Shown: positions 20,813 to 30,111 of the stretch, piece by piece
Layout of the letters: every line of letters begins with the position of its first letter
Numbering within the stretch: position 1 is the first letter of the stretch
From: Candidatus Eremiobacteria bacterium
GTDB taxonomy: Bacteria > Vulcanimicrobiota > Vulcanimicrobiia > Vulcanimicrobiales > Vulcanimicrobiaceae
Direction of reading: 5' to 3'
Assembly: GCA_963758295.1 (NCBI GenBank)
Contig: CAVWUU010000004.1
Location: forward strand, 832,001 to 896,000
Length of the DNA: 64,000 bases
The notes under the pieces: generated by a model
Seen by the model: the letters and a program-made list of their open reading frames with translations, nothing else
Told to the model about the DNA's origin: nothing
Database searches by the model: none
Made by a program: the position numbers and the translations under genes

Positions 20813-21650
20813 CGACGCAGTCCGCATACGCGTTCGCACCGAGTTTTCCGCCCGCAGTTCCGCCTGCGAAGACGTCGTCACCAGGACGCGTTGTGAACGC
20901 TACGGCGCCGGTCTCATAGGCGCCGATTCGCACCTGCGGCACGACGATGCGATCGCAGCCGGCTGTCGACGACACTTCACGACTGACTTTCCACGAGGGG
21001 TGCAGCCTGCGCCAACGTTCTAACGTGGCGCGGGGGACGAAGCTCGTAGCTTGCACTTCGGGACCGCCCGCGGTCCACTGCGGGGCGTATGCAACCGACG
21101 CCGCGATATCGAACTCCATCGTCACCGGGTCGTCGCCCACGACAGCCAATACTTGCGGAACACCGTCCTGGCTCATCGTCAATTCGATGCTTGCAGCGTT
21201 AGAATCGAGGCCCACGGCACGCATACGCACGGCTTTGCCCGGATAGTCGAGACGCCAGACGCGGTCGGAGAACCACGTCGTGCCTAACTGCGCGTCGAGC
21301 CCGCGCAGGATTGGATCGCGCTTATCCTGATCGCTGCGCTCGAACACGGCCAGTTCGCCGCGTTCCGCGCGCACGGGCGGGATGTTGTGTCCGGCTCGAA
21401 ACGGCGGCAACACGGCGCGCCGCTTGCCGTTGTCACGTCTGAACGGCAGCCCGAACTTCTCAATTGCCGAATCCAAGATGAAGCCGTCGCCGCTGGTATC
21501 GAGCCAGCACGAAAACACGTTGCCGTCCAGCGCTTGAGGCACGGCAAAGAAGCGGCCGCCTCTCAGCTCGACCGGGATGTCCACGTCGCCGGTTGCGGCA
21601 CCTATAAGCGGCGCCGCCCCGAGCAAAAGCAAGAAGGTCTGCCGGTTCAC
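20760..21650 (-). CDS. Exported hypothetical protein, possibly retropepsin-like
   Basis: Signal-like N-terminus (NRQTFLLLLGAA). Two internal repeats with WLDTSG / FDIAAS and LG..(W/Y)...xDYP. Confidence 0.6.
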   Translation of the reverse strand: MNRQTFLLLLGAAPLIGAATGDVDIPVELRGGRFFAVPQALDGNVFSCWLDTSGDGFILDSAIEKFGLPFRRDNGKRRAVLPPFRAGHNIPPVRAERGELAVFERSDQDKRDPILRGLDAQLGTTWFSDRVWRLDYPGKAVRMRAVGLDSNAASIELTMSQDGVPQVLAVVGDDPVTMEFDIAASVAYAPQWTAGGPEVQATSFVPRATLERWRRLHPSWKVSREVSSTAGCDRIVVPQVRIGAYETGAVAFTTRPGDDVFAGGTAGGKLGANAYADCVVTIDYPNRRLRLDRQAK

Positions 21651-21678
21651 CCATTCATCATAGCGCCGGCTTTGCGAC

Positions 21679-21708
21679 AAAAAAAGAGCCGCCCGTTTTG
21701 GGCGGCTC
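21679..21708 (-). terminator. Rho-independent terminator of the efflux operon
   Basis: gagccgccc-N5-gggcggctc stem preceded by A7 on + (U-tract on -). Confidence 0.85.
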
Positions 21709-21715
21709 GAGAACA

Positions 21716-21847
21716 CTATGCGGGCAACGAAGGCCGGCGGTTCCAGCGTTCGAGTTCCCGGCGATAGAGCATCGCACTGCGTTGCTGAAGTTTGCGGTAC
21801 GTCGACTCGCTTAATTTTAATCGCTTGTTATTCGAGGTGATCGTCAT
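21716..21847 (-). CDS. Small basic protein (43 aa), unannotated
   Basis: MTITSNNKRLKLSESTYRKLQQRSAMLYRRELERWNRRPSLPA. ATG overlaps the tolC TGA and the stop lies 7 nt before the terminator stem. Confidence 0.55.
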   Translation of the reverse strand: MTITSNNKRLKLSESTYRKLQQRSAMLYRRELERWNRRPSLPA

Positions 21848-23577
21848 GGTTTGACGGCTCCTTGGCCGAGTGTATTCAGAGTAACGTTATTTGCACTCAG
21901 AATAGTTCCGTCGACGCGCTGCAATTCGACGACGGCCTTATTGAGATCGGTCTGCGCTTGCAATTCGCGCCCTTCATCTTGAACGAGTTCTACCTGCCGT
22001 TGCGTGACAAGGAACGTCGTCGATTCGCCGTTACGGAACTTGCGCTGTTCGCTTGCGAAAACTTGCTGTGCCGCCTCACGCGCTTTCCGCGCCGCATAAA
22101 GACGCGACGATGCAGCCTGATAGGTTTGAATCGCGTTGCGCACTTCAAACACGATCCGCTGATCGACGCTCGAGCTTTGAATAGCGGCGATGCGTTGCTG
22201 TTCTTGAGCCACGGCCAGATTGGCTTTGGCGGTGTTATTTCCGAGCGGTGCGGTGATTTTAACGCCGGCCTGGTAGGTCGGAAAGCGTCCGATGTTGCCG
22301 TAGGCCTGATTGTACGTGCCGCCCAAGTACGGCGGCGGCGTTGCGGTGCCGAAGATTCCGCCCAGCGGCGGCAATGCGTTTCCGGCAAAGCCGTTCCCCT
22401 GGTAGTTCAGTTGCAGATCGACTTGCGGTTTCAGCTGATTCTGCGCGTAGGCGGCATTGAGGTCGGCTTGCTGCCGTTGCGCCGCTGCTTGACGAAGTTC
22501 CGGACGATTCGCCATCGCATTCGTCAGCACGGTCGCGAGCGGCGGAACGTTCGGCACTTGCTGCACCGAAGATGTCGGAACGAGATTAGCCTCCCAAACC
22601 GGATCGGCCGGATCGCCGACAACTAAACTCTTCAGCTGATTTTGCAGCGACGACACGCTCTGCAGGCCCGAGTATACGGCATCTTGATAGGTGGCAACCT
22701 GCGTCGACGATTCCACTGCGTCGATCGGGGCCGCGGCGCCGCGCTTCGCAAGCCGAACGTTACTTTGCTGCTGGAGGATTGCCTGATGCAGCGCATCCTC
22801 TTGAATGGCTACGTTGCGCCACGCGGCAACGAGATCCCAGTACGTATTGGAAACGGCAGCGATCGTCGACGACGCGGTCACGAAGGTTTGTGCCGAAGAG
22901 CCGGCGGCATTGATCGATGCGAGCCGCAATTGCCGCAGCACCTCGTTCCCCGGTCCGAAGCCCTTGAGCAACGGCTGCGTTACCGCGACATTTAGCGTTG
23001 CGGCGTAGTACGGATTAAATGCGTTAATGGCCGTATTGTTGTCGGTACGCGACTGTAAGATGCTTACTTGATACTGGCCGCCGCTGTGCGTCACTCCGGT
23101 TACGCCAACCTGAAGCGATTGCTGGTTTTGGACGATTGGCCCGAAGTGCGGTCCTGAGAAGAACGCGTTCTCCGGCGCCGTGCTGCTATGTTCGAGCGAC
23201 GGTTCGATGAGAAAGTTCACGTCGTACGCACCCTTGGCGGCGCGGATTTGATACGCCGCGATGCGCGTGTTGCCGGCGGCAACGGCGAGATCCGGGTTTT
23301 TCGCCAGCGCCATACCGATCGCGTCGTTCAGCGATATGCCGACAAACGGCTGTTGCGTGACGCCGACGACGTTGGCGGAAGTCGGCGCAACATTCGGCGC
23401 GGAGTAGCCGGGTGCGACGGTCGGCGTTACCGGAACGACCGGAGAGGGTTCGGGCGTGGGAATCGATGCGGCGGCCTTCGGCGACGGCCGCGGCGCCGGA
23501 GCGGCCGGCGCGGCGAGCGGCACCGCCGTAACGAACGTCGCCAGCACGGCTAGCGATGAGAGCGTATTTTTCTTCAC
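21844..23577 (-). CDS. TolC-family outer membrane efflux protein
   Basis: Signal peptide, Pro-rich linker, ISLNDAIGMALAKNPDL, duplicated helical OEP repeats. Confidence 0.92.
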   Translation of the reverse strand: MKKNTLSSLAVLATFVTAVPLAAPAAPAPRPSPKAAASIPTPEPSPVVPVTPTVAPGYSAPNVAPTSANVVGVTQQPFVGISLNDAIGMALAKNPDLAVAAGNTRIAAYQIRAAKGAYDVNFLIEPSLEHSSTAPENAFFSGPHFGPIVQNQQSLQVGVTGVTHSGGQYQVSILQSRTDNNTAINAFNPYYAATLNVAVTQPLLKGFGPGNEVLRQLRLASINAAGSSAQTFVTASSTIAAVSNTYWDLVAAWRNVAIQEDALHQAILQQQSNVRLAKRGAAAPIDAVESSTQVATYQDAVYSGLQSVSSLQNQLKSLVVGDPADPVWEANLVPTSSVQQVPNVPPLATVLTNAMANRPELRQAAAQRQQADLNAAYAQNQLKPQVDLQLNYQGNGFAGNALPPLGGIFGTATPPPYLGGTYNQAYGNIGRFPTYQAGVKITAPLGNNTAKANLAVAQEQQRIAAIQSSSVDQRIVFEVRNAIQTYQAASSRLYAARKAREAAQQVFASEQRKFRNGESTTFLVTQRQVELVQDEGRELQAQTDLNKAVVELQRVDGTILSANNVTLNTLGQGAVKP

Positions 23578-23585
23578 CTGTTCTC

Positions 23586-25121
23586 CTATTCGGCCGGTAT
23601 TGGACCGCCCAAACGCGGTTTGTTCAGTAAAAGCACGAGCGGCGCGAGCGCGATCGAGATGATCGCGACCCAGCGCGAAGTATCCGCATACGACTGCACG
23701 ATGGCTTGCGACTCGACGATGTTTTCGAGTTGCACGAGCGCGTTCGTGTCGCGTTCGCCGCCGTTCTGCCGCAGATAGTTCGCCGTCGGCTGGTCGTGCA
23801 AAGTGATCGCAGAGGCAAGCTGCGTCTGGTGAGACGTCGTGCCGCGCACAAGGAGCGTTACGAGTATCGCGGTTGCGATGCTTCCGCCAACTTGTCTCGA
23901 CAGATTGAAGAATGCCGACGTCGCGGGGACTTCTTTATCGGGCACGCCGCCGAGCACGGCAATGGATAGCGGCACGAATATCTGCGAGAGCCCGATCCCG
24001 CTGATGATTAACGAAAGAATGAACGTTCCGAACTGCGACTGCGGCGTCGTGACGCCGGCGAGAATCCAATTCGACACGCCGAGCAAAACGAACCCGAGCG
24101 CGGTGGAAATCCGCACGTCGATAATGCCCCGGCCCGCAAGAGCCGCCGTAAGGGGCGTGAAAACCATCACCGCCGCAGCGCGAACGAGAATCGTCAGTCC
24201 CGAAAGCGTCGCGGTAAATCCTAGCGAATTCTGCAGATATTGCGGAAGCACTAAGATCGATCCGTACAAGCTCACGCCTAGCACGGCTCCGAGCAGACTT
24301 CCAGCGGCGACTTGACGCAGCCGAAGCACGTGCAGGTCCACAACCGGAATACCGCTGCGAAGCGTCCACCAGACGAAGCCGGCAATACCGGCAATAGCCA
24401 TCGCCGCGAACAGCCTGATGTTCGGATCGCTGAACCAGTCGTATTGCTGTCCTTGATCCAGCACGTACTGCATTGAACCGAGGCCCGCGGCCAGCAAGGC
24501 CAATCCGACCCAGTCGAGTTTCTTGCGCTCGGGCTCCGACGGATTCCGAAGATACATCCAGATCAACGCGCCCGCGAGAATTCCGACCGGCAGATTGATG
24601 TAGAACGCCCAACGCCACGTGAGATTGTCGGTGATCCAGCCCCCAAGCACCGGCCCAAGCGCCGGTCCGACGATCACGCCCATCGCGAAGATACCTTGCG
24701 CTTTGCCTTGCTCTTCCAGCCTGTACGTGTCGCGAAGGATCGCCTGCGACGTCGAGATAAGACCGCCTCCGCCGATGCCCTGAATGATTCGCCAGAACAC
24801 GAGCTGGCCGAAGCTCCCGGCGAATCCGCACATAAGCGAAGCAATCGTGAACAGGACGATCGAAGCGAAGAAGTATTGCCGTCGTCCGAATCGCGCGGCG
24901 AGCCACGGCGTGATCGGGATTACCACCACGTTCGCGATGATGTATCCCGTCACGACCCAGGCGCCCTGATCTACCGAGACGCCGAAATTGCCCTGAATAT
25001 TGGGAAGCGCGACGTTAACGATCGTGGTATCGATGATTTCGAGGAGGGTCGCGGCGATCACCGCGACGCTCACGATGACCCTACGCAGGCCGTATTCGAC
25101 CACGTTTACCGGTTGTTTCAT
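23586..25121 (-). CDS. DHA2/EmrB family MFS permease
   Basis: DTTIVNVALP, GPALGPVLGG. Confidence 0.93.
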   Translation of the reverse strand: MKQPVNVVEYGLRRVIVSVAVIAATLLEIIDTTIVNVALPNIQGNFGVSVDQGAWVVTGYIIANVVVIPITPWLAARFGRRQYFFASIVLFTIASLMCGFAGSFGQLVFWRIIQGIGGGGLISTSQAILRDTYRLEEQGKAQGIFAMGVIVGPALGPVLGGWITDNLTWRWAFYINLPVGILAGALIWMYLRNPSEPERKKLDWVGLALLAAGLGSMQYVLDQGQQYDWFSDPNIRLFAAMAIAGIAGFVWWTLRSGIPVVDLHVLRLRQVAAGSLLGAVLGVSLYGSILVLPQYLQNSLGFTATLSGLTILVRAAAVMVFTPLTAALAGRGIIDVRISTALGFVLLGVSNWILAGVTTPQSQFGTFILSLIISGIGLSQIFVPLSIAVLGGVPDKEVPATSAFFNLSRQVGGSIATAILVTLLVRGTTSHQTQLASAITLHDQPTANYLRQNGGERDTNALVQLENIVESQAIVQSYADTSRWVAIISIALAPLVLLLNKPRLGGPIPAE

Positions 25122-25142
25122 CGGACCAAAGTTCGCTTTGCT

Positions 25143-26405
25143 CTAACGAACCTTCACGTACGTTTCAACGCTCATGCCGGGACGAAGCGGCATGTCCGAT
25201 GGCATTTCGTCGATCGATATGCGTACCGGAATGCGCTGCGTGACCTTCACGAAGTTGCCCGTCGCGTTTTGCGAGGGAACGAGCGCGTACGTGTTTTGCG
25301 ACGCCGGATTGATTGAAATCACGTGGCCCTGAAACGTGTGGCCCTTATAGGCGTCGACTTTGATATCCGCAGGCTGGCCGACTCGCATGTCGCCCATCTG
25401 TGTTTCTTTGTAGTTCGCCGTTATGTAGATCTTGTGCGGGCCCGTTGGAATCAGCGTAAGCAGCGTTATACCGGCTTGCACCGTTTGTCCGACTTCCGCA
25501 CTCTTTTCGCCGACATAGCCGTCGATGGGCGAGTAGATGCGTGTGTATCCGAGATTTTGCTTCGCAATGGCCAGCTGCGCTTTCGCGGCTTCCACTTGGC
25601 TCGGATCCGAGGCTTGCTGCAGCTTGCCTTGCGCTGTCGTCACGCCGCCCTGCGCTGCGGCTACCGCCGCTTGAGCGGCGCCGACTTTCTGCTGCGACGC
25701 GTTCAGATTCGCGGCAGCGACGTTCACGTTGTCTTGCGCGCTGCGGAGCTGCGCTGAAGCCGCGGCTTCGTTCGCGCGTGCTGCATCGAGTTGCTGGCGC
25801 GGCACGTCGCCGGTCGATACGAGCGAAGCCGTGCGGCCGTAATCCGCTGCGGCGCGATCGTACGCGGCCTGCGCGGCCGGAAGCTGCGCCTGCGCAGAGC
25901 GAAGCTGCGCATCGGCTTGAGACACCCCTGATTGCGCGACCGGCACCTGCGCCGCCGCATTAACCGTGTTGGCCTGCGCTTGCGTTACGCCGCCCTGGCC
26001 TTGCGTCGTCGATGTGCGCTGGTTCGCGACCGCGAGATCGTACTGCGCTTGCGCTTGCCGCACTTGCGCCTGTTCCACTTCGTTGTCCAGAACGACGAGC
26101 AGTTGGCCCTTCTTCACGGGCTGGTTCGTATCGACGAGAATCTGGTCGATGCGCTCGTTGATCTTGCTCGTAGTGGCAACGGCATCGGCGTCAACGCGGG
26201 CGTCGTCGGTTCCTTCGTGTACGCGAGCATACGCGAACCACTTGATGCCCCAGACGATCAAAAAAATCGCGACGATCGCGCCGATGACACCAAAGATTAT
26301 GCGCTTGCGGGGACCCGTGCGCTCTTCTTCTACGATGACCGGTTCGGTACGACCGTTCTTATGCGTGGGCGCTGACGTCTTTTGTTCAGCCTCGCGCGTA
26401 TCCAT
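25143..26405 (-). CDS. HlyD/EmrA family periplasmic adaptor
   Basis: TM anchor, coiled coil, NATGNFVKVTQRIPVRI. Confidence 0.95.
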   Translation of the reverse strand: MDTREAEQKTSAPTHKNGRTEPVIVEEERTGPRKRIIFGVIGAIVAIFLIVWGIKWFAYARVHEGTDDARVDADAVATTSKINERIDQILVDTNQPVKKGQLLVVLDNEVEQAQVRQAQAQYDLAVANQRTSTTQGQGGVTQAQANTVNAAAQVPVAQSGVSQADAQLRSAQAQLPAAQAAYDRAAADYGRTASLVSTGDVPRQQLDAARANEAAASAQLRSAQDNVNVAAANLNASQQKVGAAQAAVAAAQGGVTTAQGKLQQASDPSQVEAAKAQLAIAKQNLGYTRIYSPIDGYVGEKSAEVGQTVQAGITLLTLIPTGPHKIYITANYKETQMGDMRVGQPADIKVDAYKGHTFQGHVISINPASQNTYALVPSQNATGNFVKVTQRIPVRISIDEMPSDMPLRPGMSVETYVKVR

Positions 26406-27020
26406 TTACTTGCTCCTTACGCCGTTGAGAAATACGTCGATGAAATAGTGAAGCGCATACTCCGAATCTACGAAGATGCGGCTTTCCGGAAATTTCTCTT
26501 TCGCAATGATCCGCGAGAAAATCATCCCCATAAAAATTGATGCAAGCTCATCGGGCTCACCCTTGAGCGATCCCGACGCCACTTGGGCTGCCATGTACTC
26601 GGTAATGATCGAGCGAATGGCTGTTTGCGGGCGCCACGCTTCTTGCGCGAAAACACTTTGTTCGTAGTCGCTTTCCACGAGCGACCAGCGGATCATGTCG
26701 ATCATCGATTCCATGCGATCGGTCATTGCACGCGCGATTTGGTACAAATCGCCTTCGATGGGACCATGCAACGTCGAAACGACGTCGCGCAACGCGCCAT
26801 CTCCGCACGAATGCTTGGCAACCGCGATGATGAGCGATTCTTTGGTTCCGAAGTGCCGGAAGAGGGTTGCCTCGTTGACGCCGGCGACGTCGGCAATCTC
26901 ACGGGTCGTTGCGCCGCGTTTGCCTTTGCGGGCAATCACCTCGCGAGCTGCGTTGATGATGCGCAGACGTGTGTCTTCGGGGCTTGCGGTTTTAGCTACG
27001 TCGGGCTTTGGATCGATCAT
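26406..27020 (-). CDS. TetR/AcrR family regulator
   Basis: ATTREIADVAGVNEATLFRHFGTKESL. ATG overlaps the upstream stop. Confidence 0.93.
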   Translation of the reverse strand: MIDPKPDVAKTASPEDTRLRIINAAREVIARKGKRGATTREIADVAGVNEATLFRHFGTKESLIIAVAKHSCGDGALRDVVSTLHGPIEGDLYQIARAMTDRMESMIDMIRWSLVESDYEQSVFAQEAWRPQTAIRSIITEYMAAQVASGSLKGEPDELASIFMGMIFSRIIAKEKFPESRIFVDSEYALHYFIDVFLNGVRSK

Positions 27021-27667
27021 TTTTTCGTGAACACCGAGTCGTCGACCGCTACGTTTGTTTGATAGGCTCCGTACTGCGAATCCGCGACTGCATGAATGTG
27101 AGGAATATCTATGTCGGCATGTTGCTGCGAGAGCACGCTGAACGGACCTTCGCTGCGATACCATTGGCGCATCACGATAGTGCCGCCGCTCGTGTAGTGC
27201 CATTCCATCCGCCACAGCTCGAAACTCTGGGGATCTACGTATGCGACGGTGTGGTCCAGAATCGTGCTGTGAATCTTCTTCGTCATCGTGAGCACGAGCA
27301 TGGGACGGCCGTCGAGCTGCTGAGTTCCGTTGAACGTGACGTTCTCGTCCTTTTCCCACGAAAGCGGGTCGCCCACGTCGTTGAACAGCTTTTCGAAGCC
27401 CTTCGCGTAGCTCGGCACTTTCGTGAAGACCACTTCGTAATTACTCGGACGCTTGAAGTACGACGTGCCCTCGAGCTTCGGCGAGAGGAACGGGAAGTTC
27501 AGCATGTGCACGTCGACGTGAACCGAGGCGCGATAGGACGAAAGCGACGGGTTGCGGTCGGCCATTTTCACGATAATGGAATGCGAGTCGAGGGCGGTCG
27601 ACTCGGCATGCGCCGGGACGAACGAGATCGCCGCCGCAGCAAAAAGAGCAACCAGGACTTGCCTCAT
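27017..27667 (-). CDS. Exported protein, possibly LolA/LolB-like fold
   Basis: Signal peptide (PAHA) and beta-rich sequence (GTSYFKRP, YVDPQSFELWRME). Confidence 0.6.
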   Translation of the reverse strand: MRQVLVALFAAAAISFVPAHAESTALDSHSIIVKMADRNPSLSSYRASVHVDVHMLNFPFLSPKLEGTSYFKRPSNYEVVFTKVPSYAKGFEKLFNDVGDPLSWEKDENVTFNGTQQLDGRPMLVLTMTKKIHSTILDHTVAYVDPQSFELWRMEWHYTSGGTIVMRQWYRSEGPFSVLSQQHADIDIPHIHAVADSQYGAYQTNVAVDDSVFTKK

Positions 27668-27951
27668 CAGGCAGCCACCTCCGTTTTTACAAGCGGAAAG
27701 AGCCGGTCAAGCGCCATGACCTGCAACGACCGGATGATATCCGGGCGGGTGACTTGCAACGCGAGCTCGCCGCCGATTTCGCGGGAGCGCCGCAGCAAAA
27801 GAATAAGTCCGCGAACGCCTTCACTATCGAGGCGCTCGAGCGGGTCAAGGTTCAGGACGACGCGCGGTGCGCCGGCCTCGAAGGCCGACATCACGGCCGC
27901 CTGGACGGCGGGCAACCGGTCGGGCCGGTATTCAAACAAAAGTGATTTCAT
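27667..27951 (-). CDS. STAS domain protein (anti-sigma antagonist-like)
   Basis: VVLNLDPLERLDSEGVRGL and LQVMALDRLF. Confidence 0.85.
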   Translation of the reverse strand: MKSLLFEYRPDRLPAVQAAVMSAFEAGAPRVVLNLDPLERLDSEGVRGLILLLRRSREIGGELALQVTRPDIIRSLQVMALDRLFPLVKTEVAA

Positions 27952-27976
27952 TGGAGATGCGATCCCTTGGCATTGC

Positions 27977-28041
27977 GCAAGTGTGTACTTGCATGCACCA
28001 CTATAGCACTGGAGTCAGGCGCGTGCAAGTACATACTTGCA
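27977..28041. promoter_or_regulatory. Two palindromic operator sites GCAAGT-N4-ACTTGC
   Basis: gcaagtgtgtacttgc at 27977-27992 and tgcaagtacatacttgca at 28024-28041, upstream of the TetR-containing operon. Confidence 0.75.
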
Positions 28042-28075
28042 GGAATACGATAGGCAAAACCGCACCGGTCGCGCG

Positions 28076-28879
28076 ATGGATTCAATGCCTGGAAATGGCC
28101 GGCTGGCCGCGCTCGCGCAAGGAGCGGGCCTCGAGCCGGCGGCGATACTGGTGGAAGGGTTCCACGAGGACGGGGCCCCCATGCCGGAAGCGGCCGTGAA
28201 CGCGGATCGCGATCTTTATCCGGCATCGATGATAAAGACGCCGCTGGTCGTGGCTGCCCTCACCGATGTGGCCGACGGCCGCCTCCAGCTCGACGGCCGC
28301 CATGAAGTCACCGCGGCGAACATGACGTTCAACGATGCGCCCTCGCCCCTTCATCCCGGCGTGAAGGCGCGGCTGGATGAGTTGTGCGATCTGGCGATCT
28401 CGCGCTCGGACAACGTCGCGACCAACATGCTCTTCGACATCGTGGGGCGCGAGCGTGCAACCGCGATCGTTCGCGGGCGGTACGGGCTCACGAAAACCTC
28501 TTTTCATCGAAAGCTCTCGGGCAGCGACCCGCTCATCGCCGACGCCGGCTGGGACGGAACGTCGCGGAACTCGCACCCCGCTTCCGATGCGGCAAAGCTC
28601 TTCGCGTTAATCGCGCTCGACCGCGTTGCGCGCAGCGAGGTCGTTCGCGGCGCTCTCGTGCGGCAGTATTGGAACGACAAGCTGAGCAAAGGCTTGCGCG
28701 ATGGCGACCGCTTCGCCCACAAAACGGGCGATACGAACGACGTTACGCATGACGGCGGCATTCTTACCACACGCGAAGGACGCACGTACGTCGTCGTCGT
28801 TTACACCGGGCTTGCCAGCACGGATGCAAACAATGCCCGGTTCGGCCCGTTCATGGAAGCGTTGAGAGCTTCGCTGTGA
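28076..28879 (+). CDS. Class A beta-lactamase-related serine hydrolase
   Basis: SxxK (ASMIK), SDN, HKTG. Start uncertain. Confidence 0.85.
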   Translation: MDSMPGNGRLAALAQGAGLEPAAILVEGFHEDGAPMPEAAVNADRDLYPASMIKTPLVVAALTDVADGRLQLDGRHEVTAANMTFNDAPSPLHPGVKARLDELCDLAISRSDNVATNMLFDIVGRERATAIVRGRYGLTKTSFHRKLSGSDPLIADAGWDGTSRNSHPASDAAKLFALIALDRVARSEVVRGALVRQYWNDKLSKGLRDGDRFAHKTGDTNDVTHDGGILTTREGRTYVVVVYTGLASTDANNARFGPFMEALRASL

Positions 28880-28881
28880 GG

Positions 28882-29694
28882 ATGAATGTTGTGGAAACCG
28901 TAGCAACTTTTCGCGCACTGCATGCCGGATCGCGCCTTCTGCTTTTACCGAACGCATGGGACGGCGCAACTGCAGCGCTTTTTCGCGCGGCCGGTGCGCC
29001 CGCAATCGCAACGACCAGCGCTGGCTTGGCGTGGGCGTGCGGATACGGTGACGGCGATAAACTGCCGCGAGAAAGCCTGTTGTTTGCCGTGCGATCCATT
29101 TGCCGCGTTGCCGGCGACGTTCCCGTAACGGCCGACATCGAAGACGGCTACTCCGGCGACCCGGAAGAAGTAGCGCGCCTTGCGGCCGATTTGCGAGCTG
29201 CCGGCGTGTCCGGAATTAATTTGGAAGACGGCACGGCGCTGCCGGAATTGCACGTGGCAAAAATCGAGGCCATCAAGCGCGCGTTGCGCGAACGTGGCGA
29301 AGACCTTTTCATCAACGCGCGCACGGACGTCTACTTGCGCGAACTGGCGGAGGGCGACGACGCCGTTCGAGAAACGATCGCGCGCGGAAAACAGTATATG
29401 GCAGCCGGGGCCGACGGCTTCTTCGTGCCCGAGTTGGATGGGAGCAAAGCAATTCGCGAAATTGCCTCAGCGGTATCGCTGCCCCTAAATCTTATGGCCG
29501 TTCCCGATTTGCCGTCCGTTGACGAACTTTACTCACTTGGCGTCCGGCGCCTCAGCGCGGGCGCGGCCATCTCCAAGGTAGCATACGCAACCGCCGAAGG
29601 ATTGGCGGAGGCGTTCATGCGCGAAGGCAGCAACGTGCTGTTCTCGGAACCGTCGGTCGACTACCGGCGCATGAACGCTCTGCTCGACGTCTAG
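28882..29694 (+). CDS. Isocitrate lyase/PEP mutase family protein
   Basis: LPNAWD, ATTSAG, TADIEDGY, GINLED, FINARTD. Confidence 0.92.
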   Translation: MNVVETVATFRALHAGSRLLLLPNAWDGATAALFRAAGAPAIATTSAGLAWACGYGDGDKLPRESLLFAVRSICRVAGDVPVTADIEDGYSGDPEEVARLAADLRAAGVSGINLEDGTALPELHVAKIEAIKRALRERGEDLFINARTDVYLRELAEGDDAVRETIARGKQYMAAGADGFFVPELDGSKAIREIASAVSLPLNLMAVPDLPSVDELYSLGVRRLSAGAAISKVAYATAEGLAEAFMREGSNVLFSEPSVDYRRMNALLDV

Positions 29695-30111
29695 CTACGT
29701 ACCGCTTCCGTTTTCATCGGAAGATTTCATAGCGTGCGCGCCGGCGCGATGGAACCCTTGCGCCTTGGCGGTCGATGGACACATGTACGCGCCGTGTTTG
29801 GTGCGGCCGTAATAGGGATCGCTCGGGAGGTGGTACACGTGAGTCTTTTCGTTTACCCACACGGGCTGTACGGCTCCGCATTGGACGGCCGGCGGAATCG
29901 TTGCGAACGTCCCGGGGGCCATGGCATTGCCGCGCTTATCATGCCCGCCCATGGGAACGGCTGCGCCGCTATTGTCCAGTGGGCCGGCCGAGGCGTTCGT
30001 CATAACGCCGCTGGTCTGCGAGTTCGCCTTCGAACTGTCGCCGCTGCTGTGGCCGCAAGCCGCTAGAGCCGCGACGAGGAGTCCCGCGAGCAGAGTCTTA
30101 CCGAATGACAC
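29695..30111 (-). CDS. Hypothetical lipoprotein
   Basis: Lipobox LAAC. C-terminal VWVNEKTHVYH..YYG.TK.GAYMC motif. Start (30111 or 30120) uncertain. Confidence 0.75.
   Translation of the reverse strand: MSFGKTLLAGLLVAALAACGHSSGDSSKANSQTSGVMTNASAGPLDNSGAAVPMGGHDKRGNAMAPGTFATIPPAVQCGAVQPVWVNEKTHVYHLPSDPYYGRTKHGAYMCPSTAKAQGFHRAGAHAMKSSDENGSGT

Noticed and set aside
25560..26070. Repetitive Ala/Gln-coding DNA in hlyD
   Set aside because: Ordinary coiled-coil of a membrane-fusion protein, not a DNA repeat.
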